Assembly: GCA_026770705.1 (NCBI GenBank)
Contig: JANJGN010000010.1
Span: forward strand, 23,808,001 to 23,872,000
DNA length: 64,000 nt
Source: Isurus oxyrinchus
Taxonomy: Eukaryota
Direction: 5' to 3'
The translations under genes were made by a program, and so were the position numbers. Within the stretch, counting starts at the first letter, position 1. Every line of letters begins with the position of its first letter. Under the pieces are notes generated by a model. It was given only the letters and a program-made list of their open reading frames with translations, did no database searches and was not told the DNA's origin. Positions 10,530 to 22,875 of the stretch are shown here, piece after piece.

Positions 10530-13500
10530 GCCCCTACATCCCACCCCTCCCCCACCTCCACCTCCCCCCCTCTCCCTTCTCCCCTCTCTCTTCTCCCATC
10601 TCCCCCTCCCCTCCCTTCTCCCTCCCACCTCCGCTTCTCCCCCTCCCCACTTCTCCCCCCTCCCCCCTTCTCCCACCCCTCCTCTCCTCACTTCTCCCCC
10701 TCCCTCCATCCCCCCTTCCCCACCCTCCCCCCTTTGTCCCCTCTCCATGCCCTACCCCTCCCTCTCCTTCTCCCTTCTCCCCCCATTCTCCCTTCTCCTC
10801 CTCCCCTCCTCCCCCCTCCCTCCCTTCTCCCCCTCCCTCCCTTCTCCCCCTTCAGCCTCCATCCGCTTCTCGTTCTCCCTCCCTCCTCCTCCCTCCCCCA
10901 TTCTCCCTCCCTTCTCCCCTTCTCCCTCTTGCCCCCCCCCTCTCCCTTCTGCNNNNNNNNNNNNNNNNNNNNNNNNNNNNNNNNNNNNNNNNNNNNNNNN
11001 NNNNNNNNNNNNNNNNNNNNNNNNNNNNNNNNNNNNNNNNNNNNNNNNNNNNNNNNNNNNNNNNNNNNNNNNNNNNNNNNNNNNNNNNNNNNTCCCTCCC
11101 CCTTTCCCCCTCCCCCTCTTCACCCCCCTCTCTTCCCCCTCCCCCTCCCCTCTTCACCCCCACAACCCTATTCGCCCCCTCCCTCTCTCCCCCTCCCCAC
11201 TTCTCCCCCCCTTTGCCCCCCTCCTGACCTCTCCCCCCCGCTCCCGCACCCACTTCTCCCTTCCCCTTCTCCCCCCTTTCCCCCCCTCCCCGCTTCTCCC
11301 CCTCACCCCTCCCCCTTCTCCCCCTCACCCCTCCCCTCTTCTCCCCCTCTTTCCCCCCCACCATCCCTTCTCCCCCCTTCTCTCCCCTGACCCCCCCTTC
11401 TCCCACATCACTCCTCCTTCTACCCCCACCCCCCTTCTCCCCCCTCCCCACTCACCCCCCTCCCCCTCTTTCTCCCTTCTCCCCCATTCTCCCCTTCTCC
11501 CCCCTCACCTCCTCCCTCCCTCCCTTCTGCCCCACTCACCCCTTCTTCCCCCCTTCCACTCTCCCCCTCCCCCTCTCCCCGCTCCCCCCTTTCCCCTTCA
11601 CCCCTTCTCCCCTATTCGCCCCCTCCCCCTTTCCCCTTCACCCCCTCACCCCTATTCGCCCCCCTCCCTCTCTCCCCCTCCCCACTTCTCCCCCTTGCCC
11701 CCTCCTGCACCCACATCTCCGTTCCCCTTCTCCCCCCTATCCCCCTCCCCTCCCTTCTCCCCCTCACCCTTCCCCTCCTCCCCTCGCCCCTTCTCCCCGC
11801 TTCTCTCCCCTGACCCCCCTTCTCCCACCTCACTCCTCCTTCACCCCCCAACCCCCTTCTCCCCCCTCCCCACTCACCCCTCCCCCTCTTTCTCCCTTCT
11901 CCCCCTCTCCCTTCTCCCACCTTCTCTCTTCTCCCCCCTCCTCACCTCCTCCCTCCCCCCCTTCTCCCACCACATCCCTCCTTCTCCCCCACACCTTCTC
12001 CCCTCTCCCCACTCACCCCCTCCCCCTCTTTCTCCCTTCTCTCCCCATTCTTCCCCTCTCCCTTCTCCCCCCTCCTCACATCCTCTCTCCCTCCCTTCTC
12101 CCCCCTCCCCCTTTTCCCCCTCCCCCCTTTCCCTCTTCCCCCTCCCCTTTCCCTCTTCCCTCCCTCTTGCTCCCCCTCTTCCCCTCTCCCGCTTCCCCCT
12201 CCCTCTTCCCCCTCTTCTCACCCACCATCTTCCCTCCCTCTCCCTCTTCCTCCCCCTGCCCCACATCCCCCTCTCCCGCTTCCCCCTCTCCCTCTCCCCC
12301 CTCTCCCTCTCCCCCCACTCCATCTTCCCCCCTCCCTCTCCCCCACTCCCTCTTCCCCCACTCCCTCTTCCCTCTCCTCCCTTCCCTCTTCTCCCTTCCC
12401 CACTTCCCCCTCTCCCTCCCCCTTCACCCTCCCCCCTCTTCACCCCCAATCTCCCCACTCTTCCCCCTTCTCCATCTTCCCCCTCCCCTCTCTCCATCTT
12501 CCCCCCGCTCCCCCCTTTCCCTCTTCCCTCCATCTCCCTCTTCCGCTTCCCCCCTCCCTCTCCCTCCACTCCCTCTTCCCCCTCTTCACTCCTCCCCCTC
12601 TCCCTCCATCCTCTTCACCCTACCCCCTCTTCCCCCAACCTCCCCACTCTTCCCCCCTCCCCCTCTTCCCCCCACCCCCTCTTCCACCCTCCCCCTTCCC
12701 CCTCCCCCTCGTCCCCCCCAATACCCCCCCACTCTCTCCCCTCACCCCTTTCCCCTCACCCTCTCGCCCCCCACCACCCAACCCCTTCCCCTCTCCCACC
12801 CCCCCACCACATCCCCACCCCTTCCCCCAATCCCCCCCACTCTCTCCCCCCACCCCCTTCCCCTCACCCCCACCCCCCTTCCCCTCACCCCCCCACCCCC
12901 TTCCCCTCTACCACTTCCCCAACCCCTTCCCCCTCACCCTCTCCTCCCCACCCTTCCACCACTTCCCCACCTATGTCCTCACACACATTCCCCCCACCCC
13001 CCTTACTCTCTCCCCCCCCACCCACTCCCCACCCTCCCCCTTTCACCTCCCCCTCTCCCCCTTCCTCTCCCCCTCCACCCTACCCTCCCCCCTCCCCCCA
13101 CTCTCCCCCTTTCCCCTCACCCCCCTTTCCCCCTCACCCTCTTCCCCCCTTTCCCCCGCACTCTCTCCCCCCTTTCCCCCTCACCCTCTCCCCCGCTTTC
13201 CTCCCACCACCATCTCCCCCTCCCCCACTCTCCCCTGCCCCCTTTCCCCTCTGCCCCTTTCACCTCACCCTCTCCCCCTTTCACCTCACCCTCTACCCCC
13301 CTTTCCCCTCACCCTCTCCCCCTTTCACCTCACTCTCTANNNNNNNNNNNNNNNNNNNNNNNNNNNNNNNNNNNNNNNNNNNNNNNNNNNNNNNNNNNNN
13401 NNNNNNNNNNNNNNNNNNNNNNNNNNNNNNNNNNNNNNNNNNNNNNNNNNNNNNNNNNNNNNNNNNNNNNNNNNTTTCCCCTCTCCCACCTTTCCCCCTC

Positions 13501-14340
13501 TCCACTCCCCCCTTCCCCTCTCCTCCCCCCCTTCCCCTCTCCTCCCCCCTTCCCCTCTCTCCCCCTTCTCCCACCCCACTTTCCCCCCTTTCCCCTCTTC
13601 CCCCTCGTCTCTCCTCCCCCCTTCCCCTCTCTCCCCCTTCCTCCCCCTCCTTCCCACCCCACTTCCCCCCCTTCCCCCTCCTCCCTTCACCCCTCCTCCC
13701 CTCCCCTCTCCCCTCCTCCTTCCCCTCTCCACTCCCCCCTCTCCCTCTCCCCCCTCCCCTATCACTTTCCTTTCCCCCCTCTCCTCTCCTTCCTCCTCCC
13801 CCTCGCCTCTCACCCCCCTCCCCCCTCTCTCCTCCCCTCTCACCCCCTCCCCCTCTCTCCTCCCCTCTCACCCCCTCCCCCCTCTCTCCTCCCCTCTCAC
13901 CCCCTCCCCCTTCTCTCCTCCCCCTTTCCCTTCCCCCGCCATTTCCCCTCCCTCCCCCCTCTCTCCTCCCCCTTTCCCTTCCCCCGCCATTTCCCCTCCC
14001 TCCCCCCATTTTCCCCTTCCTCCCCATTTCCCCTCCCCCCACCCCCCATTTCCCCTCCCCCCACCCCCATTTCCCCTCCCCCCCACCCCCACCCCCCCAC
14101 CCCCCCATTTCCCCTTCCTCCCCATTTCCCCTCCCCCCACCCCCCCATTTCCCCTCCCCCCACCCCCCATTTCCCCTCCCCCACCCCCCATTTCCCCTCC
14201 CCCACCCCCCATTTCCCCTACCCCCATTTCCCCACCCTCCCCTTCCCTCTCCCCCCATATTTCCCGTCCCCATTTCGCTTCCCCATTTCCCTTCCCCTCT
14301 CTCCCCCCCATTTCCCTTTCCCCATTTCCCTCCCCCTCCA
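10530..14340. repeat. C/T-only low-complexity tract containing two assembly gaps (10953-11092, 13340-13474)
   Basis: Almost exclusively C and T on the plus strand, with internal duplications; N runs seen directly. Confidence 0.97.
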
Positions 14341-15700
14341 TTTCCCCTCTCTACCCCCCATTTCCCTCCCCCTCCATTTCCCCTCTCTACCCCAATTTCC
14401 CCTCTCTACCCCCCCAGATTTCTCTTCTCTACCCCCCAATTTCTCCTCTCTACCCCCCCAATTTCTCCTCTCTACCCCACCCCCCAATTTCTCCTCTCTA
14501 CCCCCCATTTCTCCTCTCTACCCCCCATTTCTCCTCTCTACCCCCCCATTTCTCCTCTCTACCCCCCCAATTTCTCCTCTCTACCCCACCCCCCAATTTC
14601 TCCTCTCTACCCCCCCCATTTCTCCTCTCTACCCCCCCCCCCCCCATTTCTCCTCTCTACCCTCCCATTTCTCCTCTACCCCCCCCAAATTTCTCCTCTC
14701 TACCCCCCCAATTTCTCCTCTCTACCCCACCCCCCAATTTCTCCTCTCTACCCCCCATTTCTCCTCTCTACCCCCCATTTCTCCTCTCTACCCCCCCCAT
14801 TTCTCCTCTCTACCCCCCCCCATTTCTCCTCTCTACCCCCCCCCATTTCTCCTCTCTACCCCCCCATTTCTCCTCTCTACCCCCCCCCACAATTTCTCCT
14901 CTCTACCCCCCCCATTTCTCCTTTCTACCCCCCACAATTTCTCCTCTCTACCCCCCCCCCCCACAATTTCTCCTCTCTACCCCCCCCCCCACAATTTCTC
15001 CTCTCTACCGCCCCCCCACAATTTCTCCTCTCTACCCCCCCCCCCACAATTTCTCCTCTCTACCCCCCCCCCACAATTTCTCCTCTCTACCCCCCCCTCC
15101 ACAATTTCTCCTCTCTACCCCCCCCCACAATTTCTCCTCTCTACCCCCCCCCCCACAATTTCTCCTCTCTACCCCCCCCCCACAATTTCTCCTCTCTACC
15201 CCCCCCACAATTTCTCCTCTCTACCCCCCCCCCACAATTTCTCCTCTCTACCCCCCCCAATTTCTCCTCTCTACCCCCCCAATTTCCCCTCTCTACCCCC
15301 CCAATTTCTCCTCTCTACCCCCCCAATTTCTCCTCTCTACCCCCCCCACACACAATTTCTCCTCTCTACCCCCCCGCAACCACAATTTCTCCTCTCTACC
15401 CCCCCCCCCCCAACCACAATTTCTCCTCTCTACCCCCCCCCACCACCACCACCACAACAATTTCTCCTCTCTACCCCCCCCCCCCCACCACAATTTCTCC
15501 TCTCTACCCCCCCCCAACAATTTCTCCTCTCTACCCCCCCCCCCAACAATTTCTCCTCTCTACCCCCCCCCCCAACAATTTCTCCTCTCTACCCCCCCCC
15601 CCAACAATTTCTCCTCTCTACCCCCCCCCCCCAACAATTTCTCCTCTCTACCCCCCCCCCCCCCCAACAATTTCTCCTCTCTACCCCCCCCCCCCCAATT
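14340..15700. repeat. Minisatellite (A)ATTTCTCCTCTCTAC+(C)n, unit ~21-30 bp, roughly 55-60 copies
   Basis: Near-invariant core separated by variable poly-C runs; copy number estimated from array length. Confidence 0.97.
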
Positions 15701-15719
15701 CTGGGGCTCCATGGTTTCC

Positions 15720-16640
15720 CAGAACTGAGCACGTAGGGGCGGGGCTAACTGTACGCGGGACGTGCGTCGGGAGGGAGGGAGGGCAATTTGTTGGGAACGG
15801 CGGGGCGTTGCGTGCGCGCGGCGTGGAAGGATTATGGGTAGGCCGGCGGCGCGCACGTATGGGAGACACGGGACGCGCGGACATTTTGTCGGGATCGCGG
15901 ACGCCCTCCAGGGAGAAAGCGGGAGAGAGGGAGCGGAGTATGTGAGGCGAAAGGAAGAAAGCTCGGTGTGAGCGGTCCCGGGGGGGGCATTCACCAGGCC
16001 GGAGAAGGAGGAGGAAGAAGAAGGAGAAGAAGCGGGGGGCAGGGAGAAGAAGGAGGAGGAGGAGGAGGGTGTACTTATTTATTATTTAGATTCCTCTCTC
16101 GGTGTTTTCCCCGGTCGGGATGAGCCGGCGGGTCGGCCTGTCGCTGCTGCTGTTCTGAGGTCCCCGCAGTCTCCGGTGTTATTTTATCTACAGTTAGAAA
16201 CATTATTTATTAGGTTTACACCCCTCCCTCCCTCCCTCCCTCCCCGGCACCACCTCACCTTTCTTCCCCGGGGGCTGAGTGTAGGCCGCCCGCCACACAC
16301 CGGCCTCGAGTCCGTCTCTTCCCCTCACCACCTTCTCCCCCCCCCCCCCCCCCCAAAACCCACTTTCCTTCCACCCGGCCTCCTGCCGAAGATGATGTGC
16401 GAGGTGATGCCGACCATCAGCGAAGACACGCTGAGCCCGCGGGGCTCGCAGTACGGCGCCGAGACCGAGGCCAATTTCGAGCAGCTGATGGTGAACATGC
16501 TAGACGAGCGCGACAAGCTGCTGGAGAGCCTGCGGGAGAGCCAGGAGTCGCTGGCCCTGTGTCAGGCCAAGATGCAGGAGGCTTTCCACGAGAGGGACTC
16601 GCTGCAGAGGCAGCTCAACACCGCCTTACCTCAGGTAGGA
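15720..16640 (+). promoter_or_regulatory. CpG island / promoter and 5' UTR region of the liprin-alpha gene
   Basis: Dense CpG (CGTGCGCGCGGCG, GGCGGCGCGCACG) in a CpG-poor window; GC box GGGGCGGGGC at 15736-15745; overlaps the first coding exon. Confidence 0.85.
16392..16634 (+). CDS. ppfia4: Liprin-alpha first coding exon (81 codons), most similar to liprin-alpha-4
   Basis: [12 protein letters not shown]...[26 protein letters not shown]...[16 protein letters not shown], then donor CAG|GTAGGA after LPQ. Family is certain. The paralog call rests on ANFEQ and [11 protein letters not shown], which match PPFIA4 as recalled rather than PPFIA1/2 (SHFEQ, RLLDTLRETQE). Confidence 0.85.
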
Positions 16641-18764
16641 GGGAAGGGAGCCACCTAAACAACCAACACACCCCATCCCTTTCAAATAAACACTCACTCC
16701 AGGCCTTTGCCTTCCTCCCTGTCTCCTTCTGCTACTTTGTTAGCAACTGCAGGCACTAAAAGCTGCCAACTTTCATAAAACCATTTTTAAAAAAAAAACT
16801 TCTGTCTAAATCCAAAGGGAAGGGAGGGGGTGCTCAGCTCTTCTAGTAGCAAACCTTTTTGTGGTCTCTTTCTGAGTTAAGATTCCCTCCAACAAACAAA
16901 AACACACGCACACAACGACACTTTGTGCAAGAATGTGACAATTCACCTTAATTTAACCTTTTTTCTTGTAAAGGGGGTCATCTACTCGGGATCGAGTGGA
17001 ATGTAATTATTTCATTACAAAGCAACGCACTCCTTCCCCCGCCCCGTTACCTTCACTCAAAGGCTGCTTTTCCCAAGGGCATGGAGTAGGTACTTTCTGA
17101 ACACAATCTCTTTTAGGAACAAAACCCATTGTGTTTAAATATATCAAATACAAGTTTTTGGTGACGAGGTGATTTCAAATGCTATGTCAGTCTGGCAGTC
17201 ATTGTTAGCGATAAGATATGCTTGCCTCACAGTGGTACAGCTAGGATATAAACGCATCTTGAAACTTTGGGCAAGCTAGTTGTTTATTATTAAAGATGCA
17301 TTGATGATTTTGTTACTTGTTGCCTCTAAACTAGGGGATTTGGTAATCTGGCATTTACATCCAGTCGTCTGTGCTGCTGTTTGTGCACTTGCATAATTAG
17401 ATTGTGAATTGTGTTCCCAGTTTTTTAGAAATTTTGTATTGTTTTGCATTGTGAAGATAGTTATCCTTCAAGGAGAGTTGGACTACATCAGTTACACAGT
17501 TGATGTAGACTTTCATCTATGGTCGTCATGTAATCTAATTGGAAAGGCATATGCAGTGGTTTGGAACAGAAGATATTAAATTTAAATGCTGGATGAAACT
17601 TGTGCATACCGCACACCCTTTCCAAATCTAAAATAGCACATTGTTCTTTAAAGTATATGCAAGTGTTTCCGTTCCAATTGTGATATGTGATTTCTGGATT
17701 TGACTACAGCCATTTGTATTATAGTCAGCTGAACTAAATTGGAATAATGTATATGTTAGTTATAACTTGTATTGTTAGACTCAGTGAACAAACAGTTTTG
17801 GTTTGAAATTGATCAGAGCAGGAAGTGTTGAACAAGCTTTACTTTCTCAACAACTGATTGTTTTATACCTCTTTAATTATTTGACCCGAAACAAATAATG
17901 CTGCACCTAGTTACATAGAACAGTAGCAGAGAGCCTTTTATTTATATTGCGTTTTACAACTTGTCTAGATCATTTTGAGGCTTTAGACACATTTATGTTA
18001 CTGGTGCTGGGTCAGTCGAAATAAAAGCAAATCTTACTGTAGACTTCAGATTTTTCGGCATATAAATAATATACATCATGGGAATAAAGAGATGTGAAAA
18101 TATCAAGCAATCTGAAGAATTGCAACACTATGACTCTGTCCTTAATGCTGGTTATAACTGGGAATTGTATCTTGAGGATTATTGGCTTAAAGGTCCCCTC
18201 TTTCTATTTCAAAATGTAATCTGTGTGTGTAGTTTGGGTTATGGAATCAGTACATTCTTTGGGTCTAAACGGGTATTACTTGTGTGAAAGGCAGGTTTTA
18301 CAATTTCTGAGCAGTTCATTATTTTGAAAGAATGCAATTTAATACTGTAAAAGTGTTTTACAGTCAGCTGGCATTAGTACCAGATTTAACTGCTTGCATG
18401 CATAGGTTGCACAGTTGTTAAACTAACACGTTATTAGGAAGTGTTGGATTTGTTATGGGTGCCAAAATGTTTTACCCAGCCAATAATAAAACAACACCGT
18501 GGCCTTTGGTGTACTTTTTTTCATTTAAAAAGGGCAAATATGTGTGTACACAGATTAAAGTTTTTTCCAAAATTGTGATGTAGTTTTATTTCTAAGTTGT
18601 TGGACCTTATGGTGTGGGGCTGCCAGCGGCAAGTAACAATGTACTGAAATAAAGACTTCAACCAACCATATAGAGGTAAAAGTTGTTCATAATACTACGA
18701 CAGTTGTTTACCATGCTGTGCATTGAATGAAAAGCTGGACTGATTTTTAAATCTCTGACTGAAC

Positions 18765-19865
18765 TTTATCCCTCCTGGTCCTCCTTGACTCCATTGCAGT
18801 GGATCACACCATCCCTGTCATTGTCTCCCTCATCTCATTGCAGTTAATCTCTGATTTCCCTTGTATTAAACTGCTCCTACCTGTCACTATATTACCAGGA
18901 GGTTTACAGTGGCTTTTGCTCCTGTCCCCTGTGCACTCATCTCCTAAATTGCTGGGTTTTATCAATTAGCACCATAATTTCCTTGTCAAATGCTGGTGTT
19001 TGGGGTCATTCCCAATTGTTGGTTGATTGGCCTAAATAGCCAAGTGGTTATGGTACTGGGTTTGTAACCCCAAGACTCAAGAGTTCAAATCTCACAATGG
19101 TAAGCTATGAAACAATGTAACTTCATCTGAATAGGAGCAGATGGAAACATGTTTGTGCTCAAGAGTTACATTCATTTATGCCTTCTACTGCCACCCTTGA
19201 CTCCCAAGAGCATGCTGCCTGACTGTTTGCCTAACATTAAATTGTGATAGGCAAGAACTTTTTACATCTTCCTCAACACAACCAAAGACGACTGGTTTAA
19301 CTTTTACCAGAAATTCATCACTCTAGCCCATGATTTCATCTTTCTCACCAGCTGTTTGCTCAGGCTGCACCATATTGTTTGCAACAGATTACCTACTTTG
19401 ACTTGAGTATCATTGCCTGCTCCAATTGCATGCTCACTGCCTCTGAACTTTCATTGAAAGCTCTAACACCTCCAAGTTCAACTACACCAATGCACCTCAC
19501 TAGCCTCTCAAGTTTTATTTGGCATATAGTTTATCCAAAACTCAGCCCTTGCCATTCATTACCTTTGTAAAGTGCAACATTCCCACATTGTCTCTGCCCT
19601 TGCCGACATAATTTCTTGATGTATCAAATTTGAAACCTTGTCTTCATCTACTGTATAGGTCATTATGGCTTAGCCTGTTCCTTCCCCTGTGACCTACATG
19701 CCAGTGTGCATTCTGTTTTTCCATTTTGATCTCTATTGTACCTTCCCTCTGTCTTTGATCGCAGACCCTGCGTTGACATCTTCAGCTCTGTTGTTGCGTG
19801 GTGTCCAGTTTTGCCACTTTCTGTTTGCTACGGCAAAGGCACTATAATTAACACTGAGTTGCAAT
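18765..19865 (+). mobile_element. Highly decayed L2 LINE fragment
   Basis: Remnant of the LLVLLD...VDH RT motif at ~18770 and an L2-like tail near 19830-19862. Confidence 0.45.
19029..19170 (+). mobile_element. Short tRNA-derived SINE-like element (tRNA-Thr(TGT)-like head)
   Basis: A box TAGCCAAGTGG, anticodon arm CTGGG-TTTGTAA-CCCCA, B box GAGTTCAAATC. The acceptor stem does not pair; ~70 nt tail. Confidence 0.6.
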
Positions 19866-20127
19866 TAAAATGTAATAAAACTCTTTATCACAATGTGTCT
19901 GCTATCGCAATGTGTCTGCTAATGTGTTACCCACCCATCTAATAGACTTTCCAAGGCTTTGGGCAGTAATATAGGCAATAATACACATGGCAGATCAGCA
20001 TTAAATACTTTCTGTAAAGTGAAAAAATGATTAATGAAGTGGAACTCTAGACAAAATTCCCCACGATCTTTCTCTAACTGAATCACACGTGATAAAGTTT
20101 CTGTGGAACTGCACAACCCTCTATAAA

Positions 20128-22596
20128 TATAAAAGCAAAAAACTGCGGATGCTGGAAATCCAAAACAAAAACAAAAATACCTGGAAAAACTCAGCAGGTC
20201 TGGAAGCATCTGTGGAGAGGAGCACAGTTAACATTTCAAGTCTGCATAACTCTTCAACAGAACTAAAGAAAAATAGGAAAGGGGTGAAATATAAGCTGGT
20301 TTAAGGGTGGGGGGGGGTGGGGGGGGTGGTGTTGGGTCAAGAAGAGCTAGGTAGAGGGCCAGTGATAGGTGGAGATAACCAAAAGATGTCACAGACAAAA
20401 GGACAGAGGTGTTGAAAGTGGTGATATTATCTAAAGGAATGTGCTAATTAAGGGTAGAAAGCAGGACGAGCAAGGTACAGATAGCCCTGGAAAAACTCAG
20501 CAGGTCTGGCAGCATTGGCGGAGAAGAACAAAGTTGACGTTTCGAGTCCTTGTGACCTTCAACAGATTCTCGTTCTGTTGAAGGGTCATGAGGACTCGAA
20601 ACGTGAACTTTGTTCTTCTCCACCGATGCTGCCAGACCTGCTGAGTTTTTCCAGGTATTTCTGTTTCTTGTTTTGAATTTCCAGCATCCGCAGTTTTTTG
20701 TTTTTATATTTATACAGATAGCCCTAGTGGGGGTGGGGTGAAGGAATTGAAAAAGGCTAAAAGGTACAGCTACAACAATGGATAGGAATACATTTAAAAA
20801 TAATGGAAATAGGTGGGAAAAGAAAAATCTATATAAATTATTGGAAAAAACAAAGGAGGGGGAAAATCGAAAAGGGAGTGGGGATGGAGGAGAGAGTTCA
20901 TGATCTAAAATTATTGAACTTAATATTCAGTCCAGAAGGCTGTAAGGTGCTTAGTCGGAAGATGAAGTACTGTTCCTCCAGTTTGCGTTGAGCTTCACTG
21001 GAACAATGCAGCAAGCCAAGGACGGACATGTGGGCATGAGAGCAGGGTTGAGTGTAGAAATGGCAAGCAACAGGGAGGTCTGGGTCATGCTTGCAGACAG
21101 ACCAAAGATGTTCTGCAAAGCGATCACCCAGTCTGCGTTCAGTCTCTCCAATGTACAGGAAACCGTATTGGGAGCAACAAATGCAGTAAACTAAGTTGGG
21201 GGAAGTGCAAGTGAAATGCTGCTTCACTTGAAAGGAGTGTTTGGGCCCTTGGACGGTGAGGAGAGAGGAAGTAAAGGGGCAGGTGTTGCATCTTCTACGG
21301 CTGTGTGGGAAGGTGCCGTGGGAGCGGGTTAAGGTGTAGGGGGTGATGGAGGAGTGGACCAGGGTGCCACACAGGGAACAATCCCTGCGGAATGCCGCCG
21401 GGGTGTGAAGGGAAGATGTGTTTGGTGGTGGCATCATGCTGGAGTTGGCGGAAATGGCGGAGGATGATCCTTTGAATGCAGAGGCTGGTGGGGTGATAAG
21501 TAAGGATAAGGGGGACCCTATCATGTTTCTGGGAGGGAGAAGAAGGTGTAAGAGCGGATGTGTGGGAAATGGGTCGGACACGTTTGAGGGCCCTGTCAAC
21601 CACTGTGGGTGGAAAACCTCAGTTAAGGAAGAAGGAGGACATGTCAGAGGAACTGTTTTTGAAAGTGGCATCATCAGAACAGATGCGACAGAGGCAAAGG
21701 AACTGAGAGAATGGGATGGAGTCCTTACAGGAAGCGTGGTGTGAGGAACTGTAGTCGAGGTAGCTGTGGGAGTCGGTAGGCTGAGGTAGCTGTGGGACTC
21801 GGTAGGCTTGTAATGGATATTGGTGGACAGTCTATCACCAGAGATTGAGACAGAGAGATCAAGGAAGGGAAGGGAAGTGTCAGAGATGGACCATGTGAAA
21901 ATGATACAGGGGTGGAAATTGGAAGCAAAATTATTAAGTTTTTCCAGGTCCAGATGAGAGCGTGAAGCAGCACCGAAGTAATCATTGATGTACCGGAGAA
22001 AAAGTTGTGGAAGGGGGCCAGAGTAGGACTGGAACAAGGAATGTTCCACATTCCCCATAAAGAGACAGGCATAGCTGCGGCCCATGCTGGTACCCATAGC
22101 CACACCTTTTATTTGGAGGAAGTGAGAGGAGTTGAAGGAGAAATTGTTTAGTGTGAGAACAAGTTCAGCCAGACGGAGGAGAGTAGTTGTGGATGGGGAT
22201 TGTTCGGGCCTCTGTTCCAGGAAGAAGTGGAGAGCCATTAGACCATCCTGGTGGGGGATGGAGGTGTGGAGGGATTGGATGTCCATGGTGAAGAGGAGGT
22301 GGTTGTTGTCAGGGAACTGGAAATTGTTGATATGATGTAGGTGGGAAGGGACTGGACAAGGGGAGAGAGAATGGAGTCAAGATTGCAAGAAATGAGTTCC
22401 GTGGGGCAGGAACAGGCTGCTGGGACAGTTCTGTTTGTGGATTTTGGGTAGGAGTTAGAAGCAGGCTGTTGGAGTTTGGGAGACTATCAGGTTGGAAGCT
22501 GTGGAAGGAAGATCTTCAGAAGAGATGAGGTCAGTAACAGTCCTGGAAACAATGGCTTAATGTTCAGTGGTGGGGTCATGGTCCAGGGAGAGGTAG
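20128..22596 (-). mobile_element. Penelope-like retroelement P1 (5'-truncated; RT + GIY-YIG endonuclease)
   Basis: MDIQSLYTSI, QIKGVAMG, FLRYINDYF, LPFLDL and VYCICCSQYGFLYIGETERRLGDRFAEH...PSGLN; 3' terminal repeat at 20128-20890. Confidence 0.93.
20489..20712. mobile_element. Fold-back hammerhead mini-element nested in P1, 13 bp TSD
   Basis: Inverted arms around ~20570; TACAGATAGCCCT at 20476-20488 and 20713-20725. Confidence 0.9.
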
Positions 22597-22622
22597 ACTG
22601 GCATGTATTATATAATATTTAG

Positions 22623-22875
22623 ACGCTCGCGGCCGGGTGTCCCTGGAGAGGGAGCACGCGGTGTCTGCCGGCACACTTGAGGCCTTCCGTGCTTGGTGGA
22701 CACCGCAGGGACTGGGGTGTTTTATTGACCCCCTTAATCACATTTTTGTTTAAAGTTTGTAAGTTTCCTTGAAACTTTGTCCTTGGTTTTACTGCTGACC
22801 TGAATTAGGGGCTGTGCTTGATTTGTCCTTTATTTTGTTAATTTAGTTTAATTATTTTAACTCTAAAAGAGTTAC
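22623..22875 (+). mobile_element. L1-Tx1 clade LINE 3' end
   Basis: ARGRVSLEREHAVSAGTLEAFRAWWTPQGLGCFIDP...* resembles the Tx1 ORF2 C-terminus; T-rich 3' UTR; possible TSD AATATTTAG at 22614 and 22876. Confidence 0.7.

Noticed and set aside
14340-15700. Regular repeat array superficially like CRISPR
   Set aside because: The spacers are just poly-C, there are no cas genes, and the context is vertebrate.
10439-15945. Very long Pro-rich (+) and Gly/Arg/Glu-rich (-) ORFs, up to 1732 aa, extensin-like
   Set aside because: C/T-only DNA and its complement rarely form stop codons. ORFs are open in several frames and run through N gaps, so they are artefacts of low complexity.
16176-16658. 160 aa ORF as the full coding unit
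   Set aside because: Liprin homology begins at ATG 16392 and ends at the GT donor after 16634; the rest is UTR or intron read-through.
19029-19102. Functional tRNA-Thr gene
   Set aside because: The acceptor stem does not pair and there is no poly-T terminator; treated as a SINE head.
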